Shown here: positions 25,173-38,826 of the stretch, piece after piece
How positions within the stretch are numbered: position 1 is the first letter of the stretch
How the letters are laid out: every line of letters starts with the position of its first letter
Assembly (NCBI RefSeq): GCF_002105155.1
Contig: NW_019029002.1
Span: 1 to 64,000 of the forward strand
Source: Lobosporangium transversale
Lineage: Eukaryota
Direction of reading: 5' to 3'
Length of the DNA stretch: 64,000 bases
Position numbers and translations under genes: made by a program
Notes under the pieces: model-generated
The model's database searches: none
What the model saw: the letters and a program-made list of their open reading frames with translations, nothing else
Told to the model about the DNA's origin: nothing

Positions 25173-28100
25173 CGCCTCATTGTTTATCAGTCCACCTTAT
25201 TTTTCCGTCTATCGATTTTAGTGTTTGCTTTGAATTGCCAAGACACTCCTTCAGGGTGCTCTTCCTCCCTCTCCCCTTCCCTTCCTTACGAAGGAACAAA
25301 TGAGTGGATAAAAATAAGGTTTTCAAAAGGCTATAGCTTATCTTTCATTGCTTTGTCTACGTTGCGTCTTTTTTATCCGCCTTGTACGAGTTATTTTATG
25401 CGCCCTGTTTGGCGGAAAGCTGCATGAAAGGTTGTTCCTTCACCAAATAGAAAATCAGAAAATAACAAACATCTGGAGTTCTGGATTTTCGTTAAACATG
25501 TCAATTTCCAAACAGGATGGATGAACGATTATTATTATTATTATTGTTATTTTTTTTTGTTATTATTTGATCCCTTTTATTCTTGGCTTTTGAGCAAGAG
25601 CATCCGTTTTATCCATGGAATGATTGGGTACCAATAATAATAAATCTTAATTCGAACGAAACTCCAGATTGATCAAACAGCCACAGTCGACTTTTTTTTT
25701 TTTTTTTTTTTTTTTTCTTTTCAAAATAATAATAGTAATAACAAGTAATGGTAATAGCCAGTAATAGTAAAATAGCGCCTTCATAAAGTGTAGATCGTAG
25801 TTTCTTTGCCAGTTTCTTTTCATATGAAAGACTCATCTTCCGGATAAAATCTAACTCACGACTAGAAATATTACGTTGTCGGTCCAGGCTAAGATCCAAA
25901 AAAAAAAAAAAAAAAAAAAAAAAGATCTTAATAACCTCATCCTTCAATGCATTACGCCGCTAATAAATAAGGAAATATAACTCCTTGTTCTCAAGGCCTG
26001 ACATCAAGACTTTATGAGGTGTCGATTATTGTTATTATAAATATATTTTTCTTTTTTTCTATAATAAAAAAAAAAAAAAAAAAAAAAAAAGAATAGAATA
26101 ATAATAATAGTAATAGTAATAGTAATAATAATAATAATAATAATGTTATAGACTGTGCCCATCCAAGAATTCCTGGACGACTTTGAAGAGCAGTGTGCAG
26201 GACAAATTCATTCGAATTGGATTGCCAACAATCCTTCTATCCTTTTAGCCCTTGCATGTTTATTTATTTACTTTATGCTTTTGCAATAGTAAAAAAAGAA
26301 GGTCAAAATAGGAGGAACCAAAGCTGAGACATGGTTTTGGCGAAACAGAAATGACGAATCAAGTTATTCCATATTCCTACAGCAGTGTAAGAATAAAAGA
26401 TGATCAGATCCTGGTATACATGAACATACTATGACTTGGATCATGGACCAAATACAGGATGACACGAACTCTTTTTTTTTTTTTTTTTTTTTGGCTGTCA
26501 AAGATTTATAAATATGGGCTATATTTATATATTAATATATATGTGTATTTATATGTATAAAAAAAAAAGAAAAGAAAAGAAAAGACTCCAGATCCCTTGT
26601 TGCAAAGCATAGCATGGCATAGCATAGCATTACCTCCTCCATGATCCATAAATAAAAAAAAAAATAAAAAAAAAAAAAAAAGAAAAGAAAAAGTATATTT
26701 TTATTCGTGATATCTGTTACGAATGAGGATAAAAAAGATAAAAGTGGCATGTACGAGTGTATAATAATAATAAGCAATGTTTATTATTATTTCCTTCCCA
26801 AGCTATTGTCTTTTGACTATTATTAACACTCGTTCCTCTAGGAGAAAGGACAGCTTGCTCTTTTTTTTTTTTCTTTTTTTTTTAATTATTATTTCATGGT
26901 CGCATTTAATGCTTTAAATCAAATAAAAGGAAAATAAAACCCTCAGTAAGGACTCACGTCTGAAGGTCCTTTTTACTTTCAAAAGATTGCTTGCTGCTTG
27001 GTTCTAGCCTCGGGTGCCTTTTCGGTTATAATTACAAAAAAATAAAAATAAAAATTTGTTACTTTGTTCATCCATCTTTCTCCTTTCGTCGGAATAAAAT
27101 GTAATCAGGCAAATCCTGCCTGTAAGTGTATCCACAGGGGTTGGATGGGCGCACATTTCATCTACAATTAGGGAAATCAAATTGTTATAAATGAAGCATT
27201 AGAGATGACAGAAAGAGAGTTTTTTTTTTTTTTTTTTTTTTAATTTAGGTCCGTGGATGCGTATAGGGTTATTTGATATCGGAAAAGGGTAATGAAACAA
27301 TTACACTCTGGACATGGATCCCATCCCTTCTAGGCAGACATCCCCCCAAATATATTCGCCTGTCATATCAATGCCTTTTTTCTTCTTTTCTTTTTCTGAC
27401 CCCAAATTAGTGCCAAGCGAAGGGAAAGGAAAAAGAAAAAGTCCACACCCGCAATATCCTAAAATCCACACCATTTGTATATATATATACACCTGTTCTA
27501 TTTATCCTATTCATAAGTTGGAAGAAGATAGAAGACCCTTCCTATTCAATATACATATAAATATTTATATATATTTGTATATATATTTATATTTATTATT
27601 TTTTATTAATCTGTACTTGCTCCACACATCAAGGTATTAACAGAGGCTATTGAACATCGGGGGTGTATTTGTCTCATCCATAAAGTGTAGGAATATAGGA
27701 GTGTTATCCTCACCGCTGTGTGGATTTAAATCCATAACTTTATTTTTGCGAAAGCACATCTTGTCTATATAAAAACAAAAAAAAAATAAAAAGAAAGAGG
27801 AAAGATAGTTGACAATTGCATAAAGATACGCCACACAAACAACAGGAGCTGCGCGTCTCTACATTGGGCTACGCAATTTGATTTCCTTTTCGTTTTTCTT
27901 TTAATGAATAAAGAGAAAAGGCGAAAAAAAAAAAAAAAAAAAAAAAAACAAGCATTGGGAAGGTTCCTTTTGTTTTTAGTTGTAAAAAAAGGGCTTTGGA
28001 TAAACACAGTGCCGGAGTAACAGAGACAGGGCAAACAAACAGGAACATCCAGAAAGATAAAAAAAAATAAATAAAAAATGCTTAATTTTTTAAACTATTC

Positions 28101-28459
28101 GGAAGTAACAAATAACAAAGCGAGTGATTAACAGACTAACAGACTAAGTGAATGGAATAAAAAAAGCCTCAATTGATACCTGTCCCCTACTCTTTCATAT
28201 CCGTCGTTTGTCTTTGTATATGTATATTCATGTATACATGTATACTTTTTACTTTTACTTTTTCTTATTCTTATTTCCTGGTGCATTGCCTTTGCATTGC
28301 CTGTGTACATGTATTTTATACATATATTTGCAAGGTGGTGAGTGTGAAATAAAGACTATTTTAAATGCAGGCTCCACTACATCATGATATCATGTCGTCG
28401 TATTATTTTAATTACGCTACATAAATATTTATATCTGTCTGTTACTGTTACTGTAAATC

Positions 28460-28605
28460 CTTATTCTTATTCTTATTCTTATTCTTATTTTTATTTATTC
28501 TTTATTTTTATTCTAATCCTTATTCTTGTTCTTATTCTTATCCTTATTCTCATTATTATTCTCATTATTATTCTCATTATTATTATTATTCTCATTATTA
28601 TTCCT
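28460..28605. repeat. (TATTCT)/(ATT)n low-complexity repeat
   Basis: Runs of tattct, tattat and ctcatt. Confidence 0.85.
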
Positions 28606-28674
28606 GTTGTCCTTGAGCATTAGAATACAAATGAATCGAAAGAAATAAAATCCGACCCCCACGAGTCGAACAAG

Positions 28675-28682
28675 TATAAATA
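28675..28682 (+). promoter_or_regulatory. Candidate TATA box of the Gti1/Pac2 gene
   Basis: TATAAATA followed by a CT-rich tract and a 5'UTR-like stretch with (CAA)n and (CT)n repeats. Confidence 0.4.
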
Positions 28683-29130
28683 CCAAAGCTCTTTTTAAGC
28701 AGTTTTTTATTTTATTATTTTTCCCCTTTTTTTTATTTTTTTATTTTTTTTATTTTCCTTTCCTTCCTTCTTCTCTTTCTTTTCTTTCTTCATCCACTTC
28801 TCTCAACTCAAACTCACATACACACTTTCTCTTTCTGTCTTTTTTGCTTACTTACTCTATCCATCCACACACACACAACAACAACAACAACAACAACAAC
28901 AACAGCAACAACCATACCCTACTTTTCTCTTTTCTTTCTCTCTCTCTCTCTCTCTTTCTCTTTCTCTTTCTTTTTCTTTTTCTTTTTTTACTTCTTTCTT
29001 TGTGTTCCTGGTCCTTGCTGCATTCCACTCCAAACTATTGATCATACTACAACCCCCTTACGCCTATTCTTTAACGATATCACAAACGAAAAAAAAAAAA
29101 AAAGAGACCCAAATAAGCTAAACTCCTACA

Positions 29131-30728
29131 ATGGATCATAATTCTATGGAGACCTACTTTGGTCTCATTAGGACCCCACAAGATGCACTCATTATCTTTG
29201 AAGGCAAGTGGAAAAAAGTAACATGTAGAAATAAGCTTATTTTTTGTATGCTTGATCAATCGCACTGCCTATTTTGCATTGCATTCTTCCAAGCCCTTTC
29301 CTTCTTTCTTTCTTGAGGCGGTGCCTTGTTCTGGGAAGATTTTTTTTTTTTTTTTTTTTTCTTTCTTTGGGATGATGTGTGGCCACTCCTGTGGTACAGC
29401 TCTCATCGAAACATAATCTTAAAGTCTAGCCTCGCCCCTGCGCCACCTCTCTTTTGTCATCTTCACTTTATTCTCTCCTTATTTTATTTCTTATTTCCTT
29501 TCTATTCTTTTGGACACACCCGAACACATCCCTTTGGACTAACCTCGATCATGCAAATCCCAATCCACAATACACAGCCTGTCGCCTAGGTCGTCTCTCT
29601 CGTGTGCACCGCCGTCTGTCCGACATTGAGCGTCAGTGCGTCCGTTCAGGTTCCGTCTACTGCTTTGATGAGCGTGAAGCCGGCATGAGACGCTGGACCG
29701 ATGGCAAGAGCTGGAGCCCCAGCCGTGTCACCGGCAGCTTCTTGACCTATCGTGAGCTCGACGATTCACAGGGCAACCATACCGGCAAGAACGTCTATCG
29801 TGATAAAGGTCTACTCAAGCAATCATTCAGCATCACCACCGTTGATAATCAAAAGCTCCATCTCATCTCCTACTTTACCAATGATGATGTCCACAGTGAG
29901 CGTCTGCGCATCACACCCTCTACCGACCCACGCTTTGCCGACATCATGGTCCCAAAGGGTATCTATCCAGAGACCCCCTCCGTCACCTCCGCCACAGCAG
30001 AACCTACCCTTCCTACTGTCCAGCAGTCCAGTCCATCCCCGAATATGCCCTACCGCAACCGACAGCGTCCTCAACAAAGACCCAACCAGGAAGAAGAGGA
30101 CCCGTCATCATTGCGGGCTGATGCCAAGGCAGGACCTCATCATCATCGTCGTAGCGACTCTTCTTCATCCATGCATTCGTCCGGCCATCGTCGAACCAAC
30201 TCTGGCTCCCACAGCCTGAGGGAACATCGCTATTCCCCGATCCACCTTCCCGAGGGAAAGCATCTCGGCCTCCGTTCACGATCAAACAGTAATCTAGCCA
30301 TCCATTCTTCTTCAGTCCCAAGGAACGGCCTGCATGGACAGCAGCGATATAAATCCTCCAGCCCCGGTGCCAATTCCTTCCCTTCTCCCGGCCACTCACC
30401 CGTCGCTTCCTGGGCCTCTGACGATGAGCAACCTTTGACGACCGATGTTACCATGGCTGAGCCCAAGGATCATTTTACAGCCGAAAATGTTGCACCCATC
30501 ATGATCCCAGCCCTTCGTGAGTTGGCTCCTGTCCACCATCCATATGAGAACAACACCAAAGATCGCTCAAGTCTTCATGAGCAGGATTCTCTCTCAGTCC
30601 TGGCAAATTTAGCAACCCATACATTGCTTCTCCCTAAACTTGAGCCAAAGGAGATCTCACGCGAGAAAACTCGATGGGTCGAGGACGATCGTCAATTGCG
30701 CGCCCTGTCCTCAATGCTGCGCCTTTAA
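29131..30728 (+). CDS. Gti1/Pac2 (WOPR) family transcription factor
   Basis: METYFGLIRTPQDALIIFEACRLG, RSGSVYCFDE, RRWTDGKSWSPSR, GLLKQSFS, HLISYF. GC-AG intron 29204-29577. Confidence 0.93.
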
Positions 30729-31395
30729 ATTTTGGTTTGTTCACTGAGGACTCTTTTATTTTTCAAGTGTTGATCATTTGTTCATATCTGGGAACTTGTC
30801 TATACACGTGCTACAGGTTTACTTTTTCCTTCACTTCCTTCACTTTCATCTATCGAACCTATTGTACCATAGAGCCTTCTTACATTTCGTAACATTGGAA
30901 TCATTGTATCCTATGTTTCTGTATCATACCTTTTCATACACTGCACCCTTTTTTTTTTTTTTTTTTTTTTTTTTTGTACTTTATTTATATTTATACATTT
31001 TTTTTTTTTTTTTTTTTTTTTTAAAATTCCTTTATTCACGACGCGTGCTCTTATTCAATAAAACACATTATCGGCGCGATTATTGATTATTGCATATTGA
31101 AAAATTACGATGATCTAAAAGTCTAAAAGAATGTTTCTACTTCTCGACCTATTATGCGTCCAAGCGAGCTTAAATGCTACATGGACAGGAGAGACATCAA
31201 TCAATTAATTTTTACTTTTTGAGAATCTCAACATCATCAACTTGCTCACCACACCAAATCCCCCTGTAAGGATGGAAAAATGGTCCAAAGCTGATTGGCA
31301 GGCAGCACATCTCTCTAGGCACACTCAGCAAACATTTGTAGGTAACTCAGCATGAGATTCGAATCATTCATGTTTCCTTTTGATCTCGTCACGTT

Positions 31396-31429
<34 letters not shown>

Positions 31430-31800
31430 CCCAGATTATTTAGACACAAAAAAATATTAAGCTACTTGAGAGGGGAGGGGAGACAACATTAACTGTTGAA
31501 GATCAAACCTACTCCGAAACAGCCAAAGGAGCTATTTTTTTTTTTTTTTTTTTTTTGAGGAAAACGGATCAGGATCAAATGCTTATTTTACATGTTCTTC
31601 TCGTTTTTCGTCAAGATACAAGGGAGAGAACAAGGGACTACTACCATGCTTCCTAAAGCCCTTTTCTTTTCTTTTTTTTTTTTTTTTTTTCCCATGCCCT
31701 GAGTATTCAACCACTCCATCCATCCCGACCGAGCCCTTACTATTGTCTGTATCTTCAATTGAGGTCTCTCTATTGTTTTATTCACAGATAGCCAGATAGC

Positions 31801-31929
31801 CTACATGTTATTGGGATTCATGAAGCAATCGCGACTATGATGGACACCTTCTACTTCCATCCCGATAGCCTGGAGAAAGGCATACATGATTGTACTACCT
31901 ATTGGTTGATCACGGAAGTGATGTGAAAA

Positions 31930-31964
<35 letters not shown>

Positions 31965-33123
31965 AGCTTTTTATGATCTGCCCACTGAAGAGTGAAAAAA
32001 AAAAAAAAAAAAAAAAAACGATTATGGATGATAAACCTACCAACAAACTTGAAGCCTAGCTTCTTCAAGTCAGCGCTCAAGCGATCAGACTCTTCATTCT
32101 TGACGATAATATCCTTCTCCAGATGATGGCTCGTACTTTTGGCCCTTTCCTGACCTTTCGGTCTATATTTGTAGGCCTGCAAGAATTGCCAGAACCCATT
32201 TTCGTCCTCTGGCTGGGCCTGATCAGGATAAAGCTCTTGGAGCAATCTTTTGAATGCCCTGGCATTGACGATGGATGCTTCAACCTTGAGTTTGTTCTTA
32301 ATAATATCCGTCTTCAATAGACGCTCGTTCGATTCTGGTGAGGTGTAGGTGTCTGCAATCACATTATAGTCAAAGTTATCATAGGCTTTACGGTATGCCT
32401 CCCGTTTATGGAGCACAGTTGCCCAGGACAAGCCAGCTTGAGCGCCTATTTCAAAATAAACACATAACAGGAAGGGAAGAAAAAAAAAAAAAAAAAAAAA
32501 AAAAAACGGATATTAGGTATAATTTTCCACGCGTTCAACAAAAAGTTTTTTTTTTTTTTTTTTTTTTTTTTTGTTTTACCTTCAAGAATCAACATCTCAA
32601 AGAGGTAGCGGTTTGTACGATTGAAGCCGCCGGGAATGCACCATTCAGTGTCGTGATACTGTTGCAAAAGAGGGTATTTTGTGTTAGCTGCCCATGTACA
32701 TCGACTTTTGACATCGCTCTCAATGTCGAGTTCCTGTTGTTGTTTTCGCTCCTTTGTGATCCGGCGTTTCTTTAAGGGCACGATCAAGTCGTTCTTTTTT
32801 TCATCATCTGGTGAAGTGTCTGCGTCTACCCTGTTGTCCTTGACCTTGTCCTTGTTTTCCTTGCTCTGTTTATCTGCATCTGCCGTGGTTGTGTTTTTTG
32901 TAATCTTGACAGATGGTTTTACAGAAGTTGATAATGCTGTTGTACTCCTTTCCTTGAGCTTGTTTGGTGACGAGATAGGAGCATCAGTAGCAGGCACGAT
33001 AGCGGTTCCTTTTTTTTTTTTTTATATCAGAAAATGAATTAGTATGGATTAAGTAAAAAAAAAAAAGATTAGATATTCTTCTGGCAATTGACTCTTACGA
33101 GTTCGAGTAGAGCGGCGAGACAT
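31801..33123 (-). CDS. tag: DNA-3-methyladenine glycosylase I (Tag family) with a basic N-terminal extension
   Basis: RCTW, YHDTEW, LFEMLILEGAQAGLSWATVLHKREAYR, LKKLGFKFVGSTIMYAFLQAIG, H..DC. Three GT-AG introns. Confidence 0.9.
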
Positions 33124-33874
33124 ATTCTCTAACACGTGCGTAAGGGGAATGAATTAGTGATAGAAGAAACAAAAAAAAAAAAAAAAGAAAGAGGTGAAAA
33201 AGTTTTTCGTATTTTCATTTATGACAGATTTGGTGGCGTGCTATGGAAAATGAATTGTTTTTGACAGAGTAGACTTCAACTGAATGATCCCTCAACGAAG
33301 ATTGAGGACTGTTTTTTTTTTTTTTTTTTTTTCAGTTCAATCTCATTGCTTTCTGTGTAAAGGTTTGTCAATAAAGAAAAAAAAAAAAAAAAAAAAAAAA
33401 GTAGAAAAGCAAAGTCGACTTAGTCATCTCATCCAGAATTGTCAACAAAAACATTGATTCTGCAATTGTCTATGCAATTGATAACGTTCAATTAGGTGGA
33501 GCTGGATTGGATTGTAAATGAACATGGTCCTGTGTGCTTCTGGTCCTAGATGTAAAACATTTAATTGTTTTTGCGAAGCAAAGCAAAGAAAAAAGAGAGA
33601 GCAAACACATGAAATCCGATCACGGTTCACTGGTGCCTGGATCGCACTCACAGAAGATTCCGTTCACTCTTTTCCAGCGCTTCGGCAAATCCTAACGCCG
33701 TCCCATGCGTACAGGCCATACTTGCACACGCATAGCTGTCGTATTGGTCTACTGCATGGTTACTGTAATAAAAACAGGTTATAGTTATAGTTATAGTTTT
33801 TTTTTTTTTTTTTTTTCTTGCTCGAGTAAATCATTTCCAATCCTGGGAAAGTATAGAGAATCCACTTGATGGAG

Positions 33875-33922
<48 letters not shown>

Positions 33923-34287
33923 TCCTGTCCTGGTCTTCAGAACTATCAAGACTATTTAGCAGGACAAATAATAATCATCATAAAAAACCAAGTTTACATT
34001 TAACTGGCTTTATTGAGTGAACATTTATTGTGTGTGTTTATCACTTTCTGGGAAATACAGGTCAAAGCATAAAGTCTTATCGAGAGCAACGGTCAACGTG
34101 CCAGATGTGTATTACGCACATGCGATGTGTAATGTGAACACAACGCTTTTTTTTTCCTCCCCTTCCGAAGGATAAACACAAACACGCGATGGAAAAAAAG
34201 GAGCAAATTTTTTTTTTTTTTTTTTATGCCTGCTCTCCCAATGCTGGACCTGGGCGTCCAAAATAAACAACGACGACTGTGCATCTC

Positions 34288-34321
<34 letters not shown>

Positions 34322-34992
34322 GGGCACTCCTTTAAATGAAATGTGTCACTTCCTCATGGGTCCCCTTTTCTTTGATGTGACGATCCATTACCATATTCGA
34401 TCAAAAGCTAACAGTCGATTTTTTAAAGAAAAGAGAAAGCCGAAGCAAGAACATCAAGCTGATAGATATCTTTGTAATCGTGTCGTTAACTACATTGGAA
34501 TCCGTATTACTTTTTGTTGTTGGTTATTGTTGTTGATGATGGTGATAGATGATTTGGATGTAAGATGTACGGAAAGGTATTTTTACTGAAAAACAAGAGG
34601 AGGTTGAAAATTAGGATACTCTAGCTCGGTATATACCTAAAATAAAGTAAAAAAAAAAAAAAAAAAGAGAGATTAGCTTGTTATTTTGCATGGAGACCTG
34701 CCTGTGCCTGAGTATCCAAGACCAGTAATGTGATGGTTGCTGTTGGCATAAAAGAAATCCCGCACCAGCAAAGAATCAAGAAGAACAAGAAAGAGGACTT
34801 TTTTCACCCCATCGTGCAAAAAAGATTTGCGAGGGTGCTTCCTATTGGCTGAGGATGGTGCTGATAAGATTCAAGCTCGTAACAAATGTTTTCTCTATTT
34901 TGGAACTGAAGGAAGGGACAATCTAATCGAGATGACAAAAAAAAAAAAAAAAAAAAAAAAAAGATGATGATGAGTTTGGCCCTGCTTGCGAC

Positions 34993-35000
34993 TATAAAAA
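34993..35000 (+). promoter_or_regulatory. Candidate TATA box of INO1
   Basis: TATAAAAA followed by a pyrimidine-rich tract, with ATTGG (reverse CCAAT) near 34843. Confidence 0.4.
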
Positions 35001-35347
35001 CTCATCTCTCTCCAACCCTTCCTTCCTTTTTCTTCTTTTTTCTTCTTTTTACTTTCTCCTTCTCAATCTCAACAACAACCACTGCAACATCAGCTTTTTC
35101 TTTTTTCTTTTTTTTTCTTTCCCCAGAAACCTTTCTACCCCCCAAGAACCTTATCACACACAAACCGTTGTTTGGCTACCATATTCTTTGGCAGCCAACC
35201 CCGAGTCTAGCAACCACGTTTTCCAACCAGCTTGCCAGTCTCCACAACCCCCACCGCGGAAGAAAGAGAACGAGTCCCAAGCCTAAAGCATCCAAGTAAC
35301 GAGACTCGCTCTGCCCCAGACGTTTCTTCCACGATTACCCACTAGTA

Positions 35348-35367
35348 CCCCCCCCCCCCCCCCCCCC
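35348..35367. repeat. C20 homopolymer upstream of the INO1 start codon
   Basis: 20 consecutive C. Confidence 0.9.
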
Positions 35368-35465
35368 GCTCAAAACCAACTACTTCCAAGAATCCCCGTC
35401 CGAAAACCAAGAATACACCCAAGAACTATATATAAAAAAAATCCCCCAACAACAAGCTTCTAACC

Positions 35466-37242
35466 ATGCCTCCATTTGCCGCTGAACAAATCCCCACCGC
35501 CGCTGCCCCTTTGGCCTTCAAGGTCAACAGCAAGAATGTCCAGTACACCGATTCGCACATCCTTGCCGACTACGTCTATGAGAATGCCACCGTCTCCAAG
35601 GGCATCGATGGATCGTACTCCGTCAACCCCACCTCTGTCAAGTACACTTTCAAGACCGACCTCAAAGTTCCACGTGTAGGGTATGTCAATTCGATGGAAT
35701 GTGATCTGTCGGTCTTGTTCTGTTTATCAATTTCAGCCACAAAAGGAGGCACAGAAAAAAGAAAGCTCTGCATATTTTTTTTTTTTTTTTTTTTTTTTTT
35801 CCTTGAAAATATTTGGTGCCTGATCAATTTTTCTAACTTGAATGGAATGCTTCTGATCTGTGATATCTAATAGTCTCATGATGGTTGGATGGGGTGGAAA
35901 CAACGGATCGACCTTGACCGCCTCCATCATTGCTAACCGCAGAAAGACAACCTGGAATACCAAGGAGGGTCTCCAGGAGCCCAACTACTATGGCTCCGTC
36001 GTCCAGGCTTCGACCTTGAAGCTGGGTGTTGATGCCAAGGGCAATGATGTCTACATCCCTTTCTCCGACATCCTTCCCATGGTCCACCCCAATGATCTCG
36101 TCCTTGGCGGCTGGGACATCTCGTCCTTCAACCTCGCTGATGCCATGGCTCGCGCTCAAGTCCTCGATTACGATCTCCAACGTCAGCTTAAGGCTGAGAT
36201 GGCTACTCTCAAGCCTCTCCCTTCAGTCTACTACCCTGACTTCATTGCTGCCAATCAGTCTGACCGTGCCGACAATGTTATTCCCGGAACGAACAAGCAG
36301 GCTCATGTCGAGCAAATCCGCGCCGATATCCGCAACTTCAAGGCTGCCAATGACTTGGACAAGGTAGTCGTTATCTGGACTGCCAACACCGAGCGCTTCT
36401 CTTCCCTTTTAGATGGCGTCAACGACACTGCCGACAACTTGCTCAAGTCCGTCAAGGAGTCGCATGAGGAAGTTTCACCTTCGACCGTTTTCGCTATTGC
36501 CTCGATTCTGGAGAACACTCCTTTCATCAACGGTTCGCCCCAAAACACCTTTGTTCCTGGATGCATCGAGCTTGCTGAGCGTCATAACGTTTACATTGGT
36601 GGTGATGACTTCAAGTCTGGCCAGACTAAGGTCAAGTCTGTCCTTGTTGACTTTTTGGTCAATGCCGGTATCAAGCCCATTGCTATCTCGTCCTACAACC
36701 ATCTTGGTAACAACGACGGTAAGAACTTGTCTGCACCTCAGCAGTTCCGTTCAAAGGAGATCTCAAAGTCGAACGTTGTTGACGACATGGTCGCTGCCAA
36801 CCACCTCTTGTACAAGGAGGGTGAGCATCCCGATCACTTGGTAGTCATCAAGTACATCCCAGCTGTGAAGGATTCGAAGCGTGCATTGGATGAGTATGTC
36901 TCTGAGATTTTCATGGGAGGTCGCAACACCATCTCGTTGTACAACACCTGTGAGGACTCACTCTTGGCCTCGCCTCTCATCTTGGACTTGGTCATCTTGA
37001 CTGAGCTCATGACCCGTATTGAGTACAAGACTGAGGAGATGACCAAGTTTGCTCCTTTCAACTCGGTCCTTTCGATCCTTTCCTACATGCTCAAGGCGCC
37101 CATGGTTCCCCACGGTACCCAAGTTGTTAACGCTCTTTCGAAGCAGCGCTATGCTATGGAGAACATCTTCCGTGCCTGCGTTGGTCTCGCTCCCCAGAAC
37201 GACATGCTTTTGGAGGCCAAGACCCAGGCCAATCGCCACTAG
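35466..37242 (+). CDS. INO1: Inositol-3-phosphate synthase
   Basis: [42 protein letters not shown]. One intron at about 35681-35873. Confidence 0.98.
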
Positions 37243-37770
37243 GCAGTTTCCAATAAAATAAAATAAAAAAAAAGTCTGACTTTTTGTTTTAAACTTTTAT
37301 CATATACATTTGTGTATATTTTTTTGTTTCAATATTTAATGATGCAATATAATAATAAATGGGAGCGAAATATATAAATATTACTGTATTATCCATTGTT
37401 GCGCAGAGAGATGGATTTGAGGGCAACCTGTTCTCATTTTACGACAAAGTTGATCCCCAAAGATGTGTAAACAAACCAAACAAGGCAAATAAACAAATAA
37501 GCAAAGCAAACAAACGCAAACAGACATTGTCCATGCAAAGGAAGGCATTCATTAAATTCTTTTATATTTATATTTTTTACCTACTTATTTTATTCCGAAC
37601 AGATCAATCATGATTGTTATCACAAAAGAGAAAGAAAGAGAAAAGAGAGAAAGGAGAGAGAGGTAGGAAAAAAAAAATAAAGAGAGAGAGAGAGAGGAAA
37701 TGAAATCAACCAATATTTGATCTATGGACTTTAAGATACAAATAAATTTTTTTTTTTTTTTTTTTTTTTT

Positions 37771-37903
37771 TTATCCTTGATGAGCAGGACGAGTCTTATC
37801 CTCAGTGAACTTTCCAAATAGTTTCTTGGCTCCACCAAGGGCTAATCCTCCAGCAGCCATGCTTCCAGCAAACTTCATCCAGTCAGGAGTTTGCTTTCCA
37901 GAG

Positions 37904-37938
<35 letters not shown>

Positions 37939-38826
37939 ATGTTGGTATTGGTGTTGGTGTTGTTCATGAGATGAAGAATATTCAGGCTTTTGGTACATGG
38001 GCGGAGCATAAGGTGATGGATATTGTTGTTGAATGGTCGTACCCGGATAATGATTTCCATTCTCACCACCAACGCTACCACCATCACCATGCATCTGACT
38101 TGATGATGATGATGATGAAGATGGGGCCTTTGGGGGTTTCTGCTTATTATTGGGATTATAGTTGATATGATAGAACCACATTTGGATTTGATGTTCAGTA
38201 CAAGGACCAGGACCATGTGTCGGACGAGGATAAGCCCGCATCCAGAAATCAATGTCCTTTTGGTCAGTTGCCATGACTCCTCCCATTCTTGATCCTGGTC
38301 CTGTCCCTGCTCCTGGTCCTACTCCTGTTTCTACTCCTGTTATGGGCCCAGGGTATCCTTGTGGTGCAGGTGGGCAGATCTGTGGTTGTGGTTGTTGATA
38401 CACTGAGGATCCAAAATCCTTGTCAAGTTCCTGATAAGCAGGATAAGGTGATGATGACGACGATTGCTCCGTCGATGCTGGATAATTCTGATACGATGGA
38501 GGGTAGACGTCTTGAGATGGCATTTTTTGGTCATATGACGACGGGATAGAGGATCCGGGATAGCTCGTAGGAGGATAGGCCTGGTATTGAGGGGACGGCA
38601 TATGGGATGGTGTTGACACAGAAGAGGCCGAAGAAGGCGGGTACGCTCCATAGGGCTGTTGCTGGGGCTGAGGAGGGTACATGGGTGGTGCTTGATAAGA
38701 CCCTGGCTGTTGAGGCTGCGGAGGATAGGGAGAAGAGTATCCGGCAGGAGAAGGGGGATAGGCTGTAGGCTGTTGAGGTGGAAGGTAGCCATAGCCAGGT
38801 TGACCAGGAGGGAAATAGCCAGACAT
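37771..38826 (-). CDS. Pro/Tyr/Gln-rich hypothetical protein
   Basis: Single 351-aa ATG-initiated ORF with YPP repeats, a polyQ tract and a C-terminal AAGGLALGGAKKLF. Confidence 0.7.

Noticed and set aside
22413..29045. Many short ORFs with poly-F, poly-K or poly-I
   Set aside because: Translations of homopolymers and microsatellites.
35833..37239. Antisense and alternative-frame ORFs over INO1
   Set aside because: Expected by-product of strong codon bias.
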